Below are positions 1-11,000 of a stretch of 64,000 bases of DNA, piece after piece. The position numbers were made by a program, and so were the translations under genes. Origin of the DNA: Candidatus Methanomethylicaceae archaeon GD_Cm_T35_P0_bin.15 (GTDB lineage Archaea; Thermoproteota; Methanomethylicia; Methanomethylicales; Methanomethylicaceae); the NCBI GenBank assembly GCA_038801785.1, contig JAULTD010000003.1, forward strand, positions 15,169 through 79,168. The letters are read 5' to 3'. The notes under the pieces are model-generated. The model was not told the origin of the DNA and made no database searches. It saw only the letters and a list, made by a program, of their open reading frames with translations. Every line of letters begins with the position of its first letter. Positions within the stretch are counted from its first letter, which is position 1.

Positions 1-1024
1 GCTCGTAGACTATAACAGGGCAGGGATGGCGCTCCTGGAGATAGTGACTGAGCCCGATCTCTCATCCCCGAAGGAGGCGCGCCTCTTCCTCCAGAAGCTG
101 CGATCCATAATGGAGCACATCGGCGCCTTCGACGGCGGGCTGGAGGGGGCCATGCGGTGCGACGCAAACATCTCGATAAGAGGGGGAGCGAGGGTCGAGA
201 TCAAGAACATCTCCTCCTTCAAGGAGGTGGAGAGGGCGCTCAACTTTGAGATCTCGAGGCAGAGGAACCTCCGCCGGGGAGGGGGGTCCGTGGCGATGGA
301 GACGCGCCACTGGGACGAGATCAGGAGGGTCACCATATCCCTCAGGGAGAAGGAGGAGGAGCACGATTACAGGTACTTCCCCGAGCCGGACATCGTGCCG
401 ATCGCTGTCAGCGACGAACTCCTGGAGAGGGTGAGGGGGGAGATGCCCGAGTTGCCGGATGCGAGGGCCGAGAGGTTCACCAGGGAGTACGGCATACCCA
501 AGTACGACTCGCTGGTGCTCACCGCGGAGAAGGGGGTGGCCGATTTCTTCGAGAGGAGTGCGAGGGCGTACGGCGATGCCAAGACGGTCAGCAACTGGAT
601 GATGGGGGACCTGCTCGGGGTCCTCCATGAGAAGGACCTCGAGTTGCAGGAGGCAAAGGTGACGCCCGAGAGCTTCGTGGAGATGCTCGAGCTGGTGAGG
701 TCGGGGGAGATCAGCGGGAAGATAGGGAAGATCATCCTGCCCGAGCTCGTGGTCAGCGGCAAGCCCCCCAGGCAGATCATCGAGGAGAGGGGGATGAAGA
801 GGATCACGGACAGGGACCTCCTGTCCACGATCGTCGAGGAAGTCTTCGGCGAGAACGGGAAGGCGGTCCGGGATGCCATCAAGGACGAGAGGGCGGAGAA
901 CTTCCTGATCGGCCAGGTGATGAGGAAGACCGGGGGGAAGGCGGACCCCCAGCTCGTCAACGAGACGGTAAGGGAGAGGGTGAGGGCTCTCAGGGCGGCG
1001 GGGGCGGGCGACCGGAGCCAGTAG
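1..1024 (+). CDS. gatB: Asp/Glu-tRNA amidotransferase subunit B (5'-truncated by window edge)
   Basis: LVDYNRAGMALLEIVTEPD, MRCDANISI, RVEIKN, HDYRYFPEPD motifs; C-terminal YqeY-like domain (GQVMRKTGGKADP). Confidence 0.96.
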   Translation, partial: LVDYNRAGMALLEIVTEPDLSSPKEARLFLQKLRSIMEHIGAFDGGLEGAMRCDANISIRGGARVEIKNISSFKEVERALNFEISRQRNLRRGGGSVAMETRHWDEIRRVTISLREKEEEHDYRYFPEPDIVPIAVSDELLERVRGEMPELPDARAERFTREYGIPKYDSLVLTAEKGVADFFERSARAYGDAKTVSNWMMGDLLGVLHEKDLELQEAKVTPESFVEMLELVRSGEISGKIGKIILPELVVSGKPPRQIIEERGMKRITDRDLLSTIVEEVFGENGKAVRDAIKDERAENFLIGQVMRKTGGKADPQLVNETVRERVRALRAAGAGDRSQ

Positions 1025-1170
1025 AGAGAAGAACAGAGGGGGCCCGCGCCCCGCACACCCTTACGCCCTCGCGTTCCCCATGACTAGCACTCGTGCGCAT
1101 AGCACGGCTATCGGGGCGAGTTTGAAAAAACAAAAAAAGAAGGGGTTTCCCGCGAGTTGTGTAGGCCCGA

Positions 1171-1809
1171 TTACGGTGCAGGCATTGAAGACGCCGGAGC
1201 GGAAGGTTGACCCGGCTGTATTTTTATCTGGAAGAAGGCGATTGCGAGCAAAAGTACGGCGATCCAGATGATGAGGAAGCCGATGAGGATTATTGTCAGG
1301 AACGCGCCGACCAGCAGCACCAGTGCTGCCGTTGAGAAGAGGCCTACGCCTGTTTTAGCTGAGAAGGCGTTCAACGACCGTCTGGCAAAGAAGGACGCGA
1401 TAATAATGGTGACCCAGATGATCCCGAATACTAAAATCAGCTCACCCAAGAGGGGCAAGACGTCGCCTGCGGTTATGCTAGAGGTGTCCGGCATCATAGT
1501 GGGGAGGGTTGTCCAGTCGCCGTTCCAGCCCGGATAGATCTTGTACAGGAGGCTTGTTACCGTTGTCAGGACCGAGATGACGGCCGCTACGGCCGCGGCC
1601 ACCGTGCCGATGATGCCCACAACTGTCCCGTAGAGGAAATTGTTGAATATCCCCCTCTCCCCGTAGATGTTCGCAAAACCGTGAAGGGCGATTAGGACCA
1701 GTATAAAGCCTACAAGCGCAAGGATTCCCACATACTGCACGGGTATGAGCCCTATGAAAAGCAGTATTGCGCCTAAACCGCCTAAGGTCCTGGTTGATTC
1801 AGGAGTCAT
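1171..1809 (-). CDS. DUF996-like multi-pass membrane protein
   Basis: GGLGAILL...GILALVGFILVLIAL...IFNNFLYG and FSTAALVLLVGAFLTIILIG pattern; ATG at 1809 preceded by GGAGG. Confidence 0.7.
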   Translation of the reverse strand: MTPESTRTLGGLGAILLFIGLIPVQYVGILALVGFILVLIALHGFANIYGERGIFNNFLYGTVVGIIGTVAAAVAAVISVLTTVTSLLYKIYPGWNGDWTTLPTMMPDTSSITAGDVLPLLGELILVFGIIWVTIIIASFFARRSLNAFSAKTGVGLFSTAALVLLVGAFLTIILIGFLIIWIAVLLLAIAFFQIKIQPGQPSAPASSMPAP

Positions 1810-1986
1810 TACATTCCTCCACCTGTCTATCCCTTTCTTGGGATAAAAACTTTTTTCAGAAATATTCTTTGTCATTAATATATTAATGGACGGATATATG
1901 TCTCAAGACGGTTAGATAAAAACGGGGTCAGCCGGCATTCTGCCGGGGGCTGGAGGGGCGCGGTACCCCGGGATAGCCGGGCACGT

Positions 1987-2634
1987 TCACCGCCCAGTGC
2001 AGCGCTCCTTCCCGATAGAGAGGCCGGCCTCGAATGCCCGCAGGTTCTGCTCGAGCGCCCTCGGGATGTTCTCCCTGATCGACTCCCGGAGTGCCCCGAC
2101 GGGGAAGGGCAGGGCGCCAGTCCCTGCCAGGACCCCCAGCACTACGATGTTCGCGGCTATCGGGATGCCGGCCTCCTCCGCCACCTTCGCGGCGTCCAGG
2201 GCGATTACGGTTCCCGAGACGCTGCCGATCAGCCGGATAATCTCCTCGACGCTGGGGTACGAGGCCTTCCCTGTGCTCACCTCCACCGGGTAGACCGGCT
2301 TTGTGTTGAGGATCGAGATGCCGCCCGGCCTCAGGAACTTTGCGACCGCCCTGAGGGCCTCCATCGGCTCGAAGGCGGCCACGACGTCGGCCCTGTGATC
2401 CTCCACGATGCTGGCGTGGACGTCCCTGCCGACCCTCACGTGGCTGACTACCGGCCCTCCCCTCTGTGATATGCCGTAGACGTCGGATACCCTCGCGTTT
2501 AGGCCGGCCCTGACCGCTGCCGCCCCCAGGATCTGCGCGGCGCGGACGTTCCCCTGCCCGCCGACGCCGGCTATCACGATGTTGATGTCGGCGGCTGCCC
2601 TTGAAGCCCCAGTGCCATTACCAGCACCAGTCAT
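1987..2634 (-). CDS. iorB: Indolepyruvate:ferredoxin oxidoreductase beta subunit
   Basis: IVIAGVGGQG, GISQRGGPVVSHVRVG, FEPMEALR, ANIVVLG; directly downstream of iorA. Confidence 0.9.
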   Translation of the reverse strand: MTGAGNGTGASRAAADINIVIAGVGGQGNVRAAQILGAAAVRAGLNARVSDVYGISQRGGPVVSHVRVGRDVHASIVEDHRADVVAAFEPMEALRAVAKFLRPGGISILNTKPVYPVEVSTGKASYPSVEEIIRLIGSVSGTVIALDAAKVAEEAGIPIAANIVVLGVLAGTGALPFPVGALRESIRENIPRALEQNLRAFEAGLSIGKERCTGR

Positions 2635-2639
2635 CGCGG

Positions 2640-4580
2640 TCAGCCCCCTCCGCTCTTCCGGGGCGAGCCCGAGGTTATGGCGCCCTGCGGGCAGACCCAG
2701 GCGCAGACGCCGCACCCGGTGCAGCCCAGCGGGTCTATGTAGGAGCGCTTCCTCCCCTTGTCAAAGCCGATCGCAGGGCAGCCGAACGCGGCGACGCAGG
2801 TCCTGCAGCCTATGCACTTCTCGCCGACGGCGTATGCTGCCGCCTTTGCGCCCCTCCCCCTGTCAAGGCGGAGGCGCTCCTGGGTGCAGAGCCTCCTGAA
2901 GATGACTACCGCAGGCCCATCGAATTTTATGGCGTCCTCCATGGCCCGGACGCTGCCATCCATGTCGTACGGATCGACGATCCTGACGAACTCGATCCCG
3001 CAGGCCCTGCAGATCTCCTCGATCGTGACCTTCTTCGTCGGCTTTAAGGTCGCGGTCTCACCGCAGCCGGGATGGGGCTGGTACCCGGTCATCGCCGTGA
3101 CCTCGTTGTCCATCACCATAACCTTGATGTTTGCCTTGTTGAAGGTGGCGTTTATGAGCGCGGGTATGCCGGCGTGGTAGAAGGTCGAGTCGCCGATCGT
3201 AGCTATGACGGGTTCCTTAACGCCGGTCTGGGCTATGCCGTTCGCGATCCCTATGCTGCCTCCCATGCAGAAGACGTCCTGCATGAACCGGAGCGGCGGG
3301 TACATCCCGAGCGTGTAGCAGCCGATGTCGCCCATCGCGATATGCCTGGCGTTGGCGGTGGTCCGTATGGCCTTCTTGGCGGCATAATATGCGGCCCGGT
3401 GCGGGCAGCCGGCGCACATCGTGAGCGTCCTCGGCGTCAGCAGCTTCGAGGCAGCATCCAGGATCGCCTGCTTCTCGGGCGGGACGGCCTCGGGCTGCAG
3501 GTTCAGGAGTGAGGAGAGACCGCGGTCGACGCCGGCATAGGTCAGCTCGCCCGTCCCGGGGAGGTGGGAGGTCAGCTTGCCGCAGATCTGCCTGCCTTCG
3601 GCGAGGGGGATCAGGTTCCGCTCGATGAACGGCTCACCCTCCTCGACCACCGCCACCCTGTCGAAGCCTTCCATGAACTTTCTGACGGTCTGAACGGGGA
3701 ACGGGTACGTCAGGCCGAGCTTGAGGAGCCCAACCTTCCCCCTCAGGTTCCTCCTCTGCAGGAAGTCGAGGGTGTAGTTGGCCCCGACCGAGGCGGTTAT
3801 GATCCCGATCCTGTCAGAACCGGGGGTGCCGGCGCCGGCGTCGGCCGCCTCGCTTGTGAAGAGCCCCATCTTGGCGGCGGCGCCCTCCACCTTTTCCAGC
3901 TTGCTGTGCAGGATAGCGTGCATCTGGGGTATGACCTTCGGCCCCACTATCCCCTCCTTCATGACAAAGTCGGTGTAGTAATCGTCGTGGAACTTCGGCT
4001 CGGTCTTGAGCCTGCGGACCTCCCCGAGCACGACGTCGCCCCTCGAGTGGCAGAGCCGGGTCACCGGACGCAGGATCACAGGGAGGCGGACCTCCTCAGA
4101 GAGGTCGAAGGCGCGGCAGAGATAATCTTTCGCCTCCTGCGTGTTGGACGGCTCCAGCACCGGGACCTCGGCGAACTGGGCCATGTACCGGTTGTCCTGC
4201 TCGTTTGAGGAGCTGTGCCCCGACGGGTCGTCGGCCGAGACCACCACGAGCCCGGCGTTGAAGCCGTGGTACGCCGAGTGTATCAGCGGGTCTGTTATCC
4301 AGTTGACGCCGACGTGCTTCATCGAGGCCATGCTCCGCTTCCCGCAGAGGGCGCCGCCTATCGCCACCTCGAATGCGACCATCTCGTTCGTGGACCACTG
4401 GACATGCATCCCTATCCCGTCGGCCACCCGGGCGAGCGTCTCGGTGATCTCTGAGGACGGCGTTCCGGGGTATGCGGCGGCTATCTCTACGTTCGACTCG
4501 ACGGCGCCCCTGGCTATCGCTTCGTTGCCGAGGAGTAGGACACGCTCGCCGGGCCTGCCTTTTGTGATGATATCGGGCAT
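2640..4580 (-). CDS. iorA: Indolepyruvate:ferredoxin oxidoreductase alpha subunit
   Basis: LLGNEAIARG, YPGTPSSE, MKHVGVN, CAGCPH, GDIGC, TPP motif IGDSTFYHAG, C-terminal 2x[4Fe-4S] ferredoxin motifs. Confidence 0.95.
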   Translation of the reverse strand: MPDIITKGRPGERVLLLGNEAIARGAVESNVEIAAAYPGTPSSEITETLARVADGIGMHVQWSTNEMVAFEVAIGGALCGKRSMASMKHVGVNWITDPLIHSAYHGFNAGLVVVSADDPSGHSSSNEQDNRYMAQFAEVPVLEPSNTQEAKDYLCRAFDLSEEVRLPVILRPVTRLCHSRGDVVLGEVRRLKTEPKFHDDYYTDFVMKEGIVGPKVIPQMHAILHSKLEKVEGAAAKMGLFTSEAADAGAGTPGSDRIGIITASVGANYTLDFLQRRNLRGKVGLLKLGLTYPFPVQTVRKFMEGFDRVAVVEEGEPFIERNLIPLAEGRQICGKLTSHLPGTGELTYAGVDRGLSSLLNLQPEAVPPEKQAILDAASKLLTPRTLTMCAGCPHRAAYYAAKKAIRTTANARHIAMGDIGCYTLGMYPPLRFMQDVFCMGGSIGIANGIAQTGVKEPVIATIGDSTFYHAGIPALINATFNKANIKVMVMDNEVTAMTGYQPHPGCGETATLKPTKKVTIEEICRACGIEFVRIVDPYDMDGSVRAMEDAIKFDGPAVVIFRRLCTQERLRLDRGRGAKAAAYAVGEKCIGCRTCVAAFGCPAIGFDKGRKRSYIDPLGCTGCGVCAWVCPQGAITSGSPRKSGGG

Positions 4581-5361
4581 GGAAGCACCACCGGGGCCGT
4601 AATGATGTACCGTAATACAAACATATTCGCTATTAAAACTTGTTGGGGGTTCTGCATAGTCCCAGGATGAACATTGGGGAGTATACGGGAGGACAGGGAT
4701 TCATCCCATCCGCAGAACAGGCCTCCGGCCCGCCCAGATGCGGAAGATCTTGGAGAAATCGTCATAGACCTTCTTTCTGCGCGCTATGAATAGAACCGCC
4801 ACATGGTTTTTGCGCCGATGTATCTCGTGGATGGCGCGGTAATCGCCGATCCTAACTCCAGAAGCCAGAATGCTTTAGGGGCTTGCCGGCTTCCGGGTCG
4901 TCCCTCAGCTCCTCCAGCCGCGCTATTACCCCCATCCTTTACCGGGCCCTCGGCGTCCTTCGATGCCTTAGCGGTCTCAGGGTGCAGGAGAACGGTGAAG
5001 GTCGCTCCATTCCAAGGGGGACGGCGTTCGGGGCGGAGTTTTGCGTCCTCACTCCGTTTCGCCAGCATCCTGAAGAGCCTGCGGGCCCTCTCTCGCTCCT
5101 CATGCATAGTTGGTCCGTACGGCGCCGCTTCGGCTCTTGAACTTACCCTGGGCGACTTTCTTTCTTCCCCCTTCCATCCATATTACCACACTCAGGCGTT
5201 CCTTCAGCTTCATGGAAAGATGATCGCCGAAGTTAAGCGGGCTGCCCTGAAGGGTGAGGACCTCCTGCCGGCAGAGTTAATCACCGCATTAGCCAAAGGG
5301 ATCTCCTGTTGTGGTCAATATGCCGCCTTGATGGAAAATACTTTAAAAACGGTATCCATAC

Positions 5362-6045
5362 ATGATCAGTATGGCCGCACGCATTATCGCCAAGGGGGCG
5401 GAGAGAGGGTGGCTCCTGGAGCCCGAGGCAAAGGAATTGTGTAAGACTTACAGCCTCCCAGTAGGAGAGTTCAGGGTAGCGACTAGCCCAGAGGAAGCCA
5501 GGGCAGCGGGGGAGGAGATGGGATATCCCCTCGCCATGAAGATCGTCTCGCCGGACATACTTCACAAGTCCGACGTCGGCGGCGTAATACTCGGGATCGG
5601 CGACGCGGCAGGGGCAGAGGAAGCGTTCAGGAAGATGAAGGAAGTAGCGGGGAGGACGGGCAGCAGGTTCGAGGGCGCACTCGTCGAGAGGATGGCGCCC
5701 AAGGGGACGGAGACGATAATAGGCGCGAAGAGGGACCCGCAGTTCGGCCCGGTGGTCATGTTCGGCCTCGGGGGCATATTCGTCGAGGTCTTCAAGGACG
5801 TCTCGTTCAGGGTCGCGCCGATCACTAGAAGGGAGGCCCTCGAGATGATCACGGAGCTGAGGGCGTACCCCCTCCTCAAAGGGATAAGGGGCAGGAAGCC
5901 GGGTGATGTGGAGGCGGTGGCCGACGCGCTGCTGAAGGTATCGTCGATGGTCACCGGGCTCTGCGAGATAAGGGAGGTCGACCTCAACCCCACGATAGTC
6001 TACGAGAAGGGGTGCAGGATAGTCGACGCGAGGGTCATCCTCTAG
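5362..6045 (+). CDS. ADP-forming acetate/acyl-CoA ligase beta subunit (ATP-grasp)
   Basis: KIVSPDILHKSDVGGV, RDPQFGPVVMFGLGGIFVE, DLNP, VDAR motifs. Confidence 0.92.
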   Translation: MISMAARIIAKGAERGWLLEPEAKELCKTYSLPVGEFRVATSPEEARAAGEEMGYPLAMKIVSPDILHKSDVGGVILGIGDAAGAEEAFRKMKEVAGRTGSRFEGALVERMAPKGTETIIGAKRDPQFGPVVMFGLGGIFVEVFKDVSFRVAPITRREALEMITELRAYPLLKGIRGRKPGDVEAVADALLKVSSMVTGLCEIREVDLNPTIVYEKGCRIVDARVIL

Positions 6046-6051
6046 GGGCTG

Positions 6052-7017
6052 GTGATGGCCATGCAGGCGGGGGGGCAGGGGCTCGACGTCCTCGCGGTCG
6101 GCAATATAAACGTGGACCTCTCTTTCTTCGTGGATGCTGTCCCCGGCCCTGACTCCGAGGCAGAGGCGGATGACTTTGCGATCTTCCAGGGAGGGTCGGC
6201 GGCGAACTTCTCCGTAGGTGCAGCCAGGCTGGGGCTGAGGAGCGGGATCCTCGCCTGCGTCGGGAACGACCCGCTGGGGAAGGAGGCGATCAGGGCGCTC
6301 TCGGACGAGGGAGTCTCCGTCGATTACATCCGGATAGACAGGAGGAGGACGGGGACGGTATGCGTCATAGTGGAGAAGGGCGGGGGGAGGCGTTTTCTGG
6401 CGTACAGGGGGGCGAACGAGGCCCTCGGCGACGCGGTCAGGGGCGGCCTCCCGGGGTCGAGGATACTCCAGCTCTGCAACGTCAGCAGGGAGGTCCTCGG
6501 GGAGGCAAGGCGGAGGGGGGAGGGGAGGACAGTCTCGTTCGACCCCGGAGGGGGGGCGATGAGGCTTAGGCCGGAGGACGTGGAGGGGGTCGACATACTC
6601 CTGCTGAACGAGGTCGAGTGCATGGAGCTGACCGGGATGGACTATAGGAGGGGGGCGCAGATCCTCTCGTCCTACGCCGGGACGGTCGTGGTGAAGCTCG
6701 GCCCCAGAGGGGCGCTCATGAGGGAGGGCGGGAAGGAGTACCATCATCCGGCCCTCGTGGCGGAGGCTGTCGATACCACCGGCGCAGGCGACGCCTTCAA
6801 CGCAGGGTTTATCGCTGCCCTGGCAGGGGGGATGAGCAGGAGGGAGGGGCTCACCTGGGGGTCTGTGGCGGCGGCCCTGAAGATCCGCAGCAGGGGGGCC
6901 AGGAACGGGCTGCCGACGAGGGAAGAGCTCTGCAGGTTTCTTGACGGGATGGGGCGGGGCGGGACGAAACGGGGCGTTAGGGCGGCAGACGGCCCGGTTG
7001 GAAGGGGCGGGGCATAA
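6052..7017 (+). CDS. PfkB/ribokinase-family carbohydrate kinase
   Basis: GGSAAN, VGNDPLG, NEVE, VKLGPRGA, DTTGAGDAF motifs. Confidence 0.92.
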   Translation: MMAMQAGGQGLDVLAVGNINVDLSFFVDAVPGPDSEAEADDFAIFQGGSAANFSVGAARLGLRSGILACVGNDPLGKEAIRALSDEGVSVDYIRIDRRRTGTVCVIVEKGGGRRFLAYRGANEALGDAVRGGLPGSRILQLCNVSREVLGEARRRGEGRTVSFDPGGGAMRLRPEDVEGVDILLLNEVECMELTGMDYRRGAQILSSYAGTVVVKLGPRGALMREGGKEYHHPALVAEAVDTTGAGDAFNAGFIAALAGGMSRREGLTWGSVAAALKIRSRGARNGLPTREELCRFLDGMGRGGTKRGVRAADGPVGRGGA

Positions 7018-7131
7018 ACAGAGAAAGACGAGATCAGAGTATAGACTAGATATGGAATATAAAATTAAAATGGAGATAAAATAAATTAAAATAAAATTAA
7101 AAATTAAAAATTAAAAAAAAAGAAAAAGGGG

Positions 7132-8028
7132 TTATTTCGCTATCTTCCTGTAGACCAGGATGACAGCGATTATGGCAATGATTATGCCGATGAAGGCCAG
7201 CGCGTAGAATGCCGGAAGCATGGCCAGCGTCGAGTTCACTGCAGCGACGCTCGCCTGGAGCTGTGTGGCGGTGTTCTGGATGGCGGTCACTTGGGTTTGC
7301 AGGTTGGATACTGCGGTCAGCCTCGCGTTGAGGTCGACTATGGTGGTGTTGGCAGTGTTGAGGTTGGCGGTGAGCGTGTCGACCTTGGAGGTAAGGTTCG
7401 CTACCAGCGCCTGGAGCTCGTTGACCTTGTCCTCAAGGTCCACGAGTGTGATCGTGCCCACGTTGGTAGTCGTGGAGGCAACGTTCACGCTCCTCGTCTC
7501 GTCCACGTAGCCTGTCTTTGACACCGTCAGGGTGTAGCTACCCGTGGCGGCAACAGAGACAGCGAACGAGCCGTCGGCCGCTGAGGTTCCAGTCGAGGTT
7601 CCGACCTTCACCGTCGCGCCGGAGATCGCTGCGCCAGAGGCGTCGACAACCTTACCGGTCACTGCGTACTGGTACTGGACTGTCACAGATACCTGATCGG
7701 ATGCACCGCTTGAGAACGCCTTTATCGTGTAGGAACCGAGAGACCACGTGGACGTCGGGTTCGACGGCAGCTGTACAGTCTTGGTGAACGTCCCGTCAGC
7801 TGCTGCTGTGACGTAGTCGATGTCAACCATCTGGGCGTTCGGGTTGAACACCTGGATGGTGACGTCGGCGCCCACCGGGGCTGTCCCCGAGACGACTATA
7901 GCGTCGCCGGGGGCGTATGAAGTCCTGTCGGTAGTAACGTCTACAGTAGCGGCCAAGCTAACCGGAGCTAGGCAAAGCACAGCAACGAGGCTCAGGAAAA
8001 AGGTAAGGGAGAGGGTATTAGATCGCAT
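7132..8028 (-). CDS. Exported beta-rich protein with coiled-coil stalk and C-terminal TM anchor (SlaB-like S-layer anchor candidate)
   Basis: Signal peptide, Ig/carboxypeptidase-regulatory-like beta domains, heptad segment LEDKVNELQALVANL..., terminal TM helix followed by RKIAK; follows the large S-layer-like gene. Confidence 0.7.
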   Translation of the reverse strand: MRSNTLSLTFFLSLVAVLCLAPVSLAATVDVTTDRTSYAPGDAIVVSGTAPVGADVTIQVFNPNAQMVDIDYVTAAADGTFTKTVQLPSNPTSTWSLGSYTIKAFSSGASDQVSVTVQYQYAVTGKVVDASGAAISGATVKVGTSTGTSAADGSFAVSVAATGSYTLTVSKTGYVDETRSVNVASTTTNVGTITLVDLEDKVNELQALVANLTSKVDTLTANLNTANTTIVDLNARLTAVSNLQTQVTAIQNTATQLQASVAAVNSTLAMLPAFYALAFIGIIIAIIAVILVYRKIAK

Positions 8029-8040
8029 CGTATCTCACCC

Positions 8041-11000
8041 TCACGCAACGGTCAGCGACTGGCTTACTTTGTCAGAGTATGGTGTCGGCTCGGAGATGCT
8101 CTTTATTACAAGCACTTCGACCGTGTAGGCACCAGCTGCGGTCGGCATCCAGCTCACAGCAGGGCTCATGGTCTGGCCTGCGGCCAGGGTCCCTGTCACC
8201 CAGCTGATCGAGATGGTTACGCCGTTGGCGTCGATCACCTTGAAGATCGCGGTGAACGACTTGCTGGCAGAGTCTTCGTTCTTAAGGGTCGCCTGGAGCA
8301 TCAGTGTAGTGCCGGTCGTGGCGCTGACTGGTTGTCCCGTCGACGGGTCCAGGAACTGCATGTCGCTCGCTGGAACCGGCCTCTCGACGGTCACGCCTAC
8401 GGTAGCCGTACCTGTGAAGTCCTTGGTCTTGCCAGTCGTCCCATAATCGGCAGGATAGGCATCAGTGTACTTGGCAGTCAGGGTATCACCGTTCTTGGCG
8501 TATACCTTGCCAGTTGTCAGAGTGCTGGAGATCTGGAATTGTATCGTGAAGACGCCTGTGTTGATGCCTGTCTCAGTGGCTACAAAGGTCTGGCCGATCG
8601 GGTCACTGGTCGAAGTAATGGCTACGTTAACGTGTTCGATCGCGCTGGGGTTGCTGTTGGCATCAGAGTCGGTGATGGTTACAGTCACGATCTCGCTCGT
8701 CAGGTATGCGGTCTTGCCGAAGGTCACAACACCATCTACGCTGACGATCTGTCCGGTGACGGTTGCATAGGCAGTAGCGCCGCTGGCATCAGCTGCATCC
8801 TGGTAGTAGACCTGGAAGGCCTTGCCGATCAGGGTACCAGCCGTGCCCCAAGTCTTTGAGCCAGTGAAAGTTGAGCTGCTAGCGTTGGTCTCCGTCAGAG
8901 TGATGACCTCGTCAGCGGTGCCGGACATCCTGATGGTCACTGTGGTAGTCTGTACCGTGTTGATGTCAGTGTTGAGGTCGGCATCTACCACCGTTATCTT
9001 CATGGTAGCGCCCGGACCGTATGATGTCTTATCGATGGAGAGGGTACCCGTGTTGCTCGGCATGCTTACCGTAGCGGTGTAGCTCTGCTTTGCACCATAG
9101 CCACCGGTACCAGTCGAGAAGGACGGGGTTGTATCATTGTACCTTATGGTTATGGTACTGCCCGGCTCCATGTTGAATGTGGATGTTCCTACGCTATTTG
9201 TCGCTGTGAAGATGCCGGTGTCGGCTCCTGTCTCGGTCAGTGCCCACGTGCCAGTCTGTGCTGTGCCAGAGGCATCTGTGTACGAGTAGTCTACATCGAT
9301 GGATTGGGGAGATTTGGAGTTGAAGTTCATGTCGGGGTCGGTTACGGTTATCTTGAAGGCTTGGCCTGGGGTTACCGACGACGTGTTAACGGAGATAGCG
9401 GCATTGGTGAGTGAGAAGTAGACGGTCTGGGAGATGTTGGCAGCAGTGGCTGGATCGGTGTATAGGACCTTGAGCCACCCGCCGATGTACTCTGCGCCAG
9501 TGTTCTTTGCAATAACATAGCTCCCGGTGAAGGTGCCCGTATTCGCACCAGTCTCAGTCAGAGTCACATTTTGTGAGGCTATTACTGAGCCGCTGTAGTT
9601 GTATACGAGGAAGTAGGCGTAGGAGTTCTGGATAGTTGCCGCATTAGTATTTGCCTCGCTGTCGGTCACAGTCACATATGCAGTGACAGCGCCGTCCCTC
9701 GGAGTCGGGTAGCTGGTTCTGTCCAGAGTGAAGGTGGCAGCCGCGACGCCTATCGTGAACGAGGCGCTTGAGGTTGCAGCATTGGTTGTGTCATTCCACG
9801 AGATGACTACAACATCGTCGTTAGCTAAAGCTGTGCCGTTCTTGGTTACCTTCGAGAGGTCCAAAGTGGCGGTGTATACGCCAGTGTTGGTACCGGTCTC
9901 TATAAAGGTAATAGTCTGCGCAGACGAAGCATTAGCCAACACACCGTTGACCTTTACCGTAAGTTGACCGATTGGGATTGAGTTTAGGGTGAACGGAACC
10001 GCATTAATGTATCCAACGGTCGTAGAGCCTTGGAAGAAGTTAATGATTGCAGTATCGTCGTTGAGAGCAGGGGCGGTCACGGTCATTGTGACGCTAGCGC
10101 CAGCCCTGTACATGCTCTTGTCGGTTGCGATTGCAGCAGCCGGCGAGGTGTCGAGTGTAGAAGTTGCAGATGCTTTGACTGTATTACCGTAGTAGTAAGT
10201 TACGGTAACAGTTACATCACCGCTTGCTACCTCGATCTTGCCGGTTCCGTTGGTGGGTGTTCCGATGACTACGGGTACAGCGTAGGTGAACTGACCAGAG
10301 TTGGCTGAGGTCTCATCGAACTGCGTAGTAAAGGTCTCAGTATCACCATCCGAAGTTACGACAGTCACGTTAGTACCTGCAAATGAAAGATCCTCGGCGT
10401 CATAAGACTTCTGGTTCGCGTTAGGATCGTTTATGGTTATTGCAAGGTTGCCAGAGGTCGTGAAAGTCGAGGGGACGTCCATTGATACGGCTGAGCTTGC
10501 GAGGGTTATGTAAGTGAAGGGATTGGCGGACTCGTTCAGATAGGTCACCTTCACGGGACCTGTGGTACCGCTAAGATTCGTAGTGTAGTTACTGAAAACA
10601 TCCTGAGTCCAGTAGGAGGTAGTATACCTAAATATACCCGTACTTGGACCAGTTTCAGTGAAAGTCGTGAACGTTGTATTCGCAGTTCCACCAGAGACTG
10701 GAGTCAAGCTGACGCCCAAGGTCACGCTCTCGGCGACATATGGGTTCGTGTTCCAATCCCAATCCTTGATGTTAATTTGGATATAGCCGTTCAACGGGTA
10801 AGAAGTAGTCCTGTCGAACGTTATGTCACTCGAGGTAGCTTCATATGTGCCAGATACGAAGGACTTGGAGATTGTGCCTGAGGGAGACTCGTCGGCATAG
10901 CTTACAGTAACAGTTCCTGTGCCGAAGCCAAGTGCATTAGTGATATTTGCGGCGAATACACCGGCAGAGCCCGTAAATGTAAGCGGTACTGCAGCAGATC

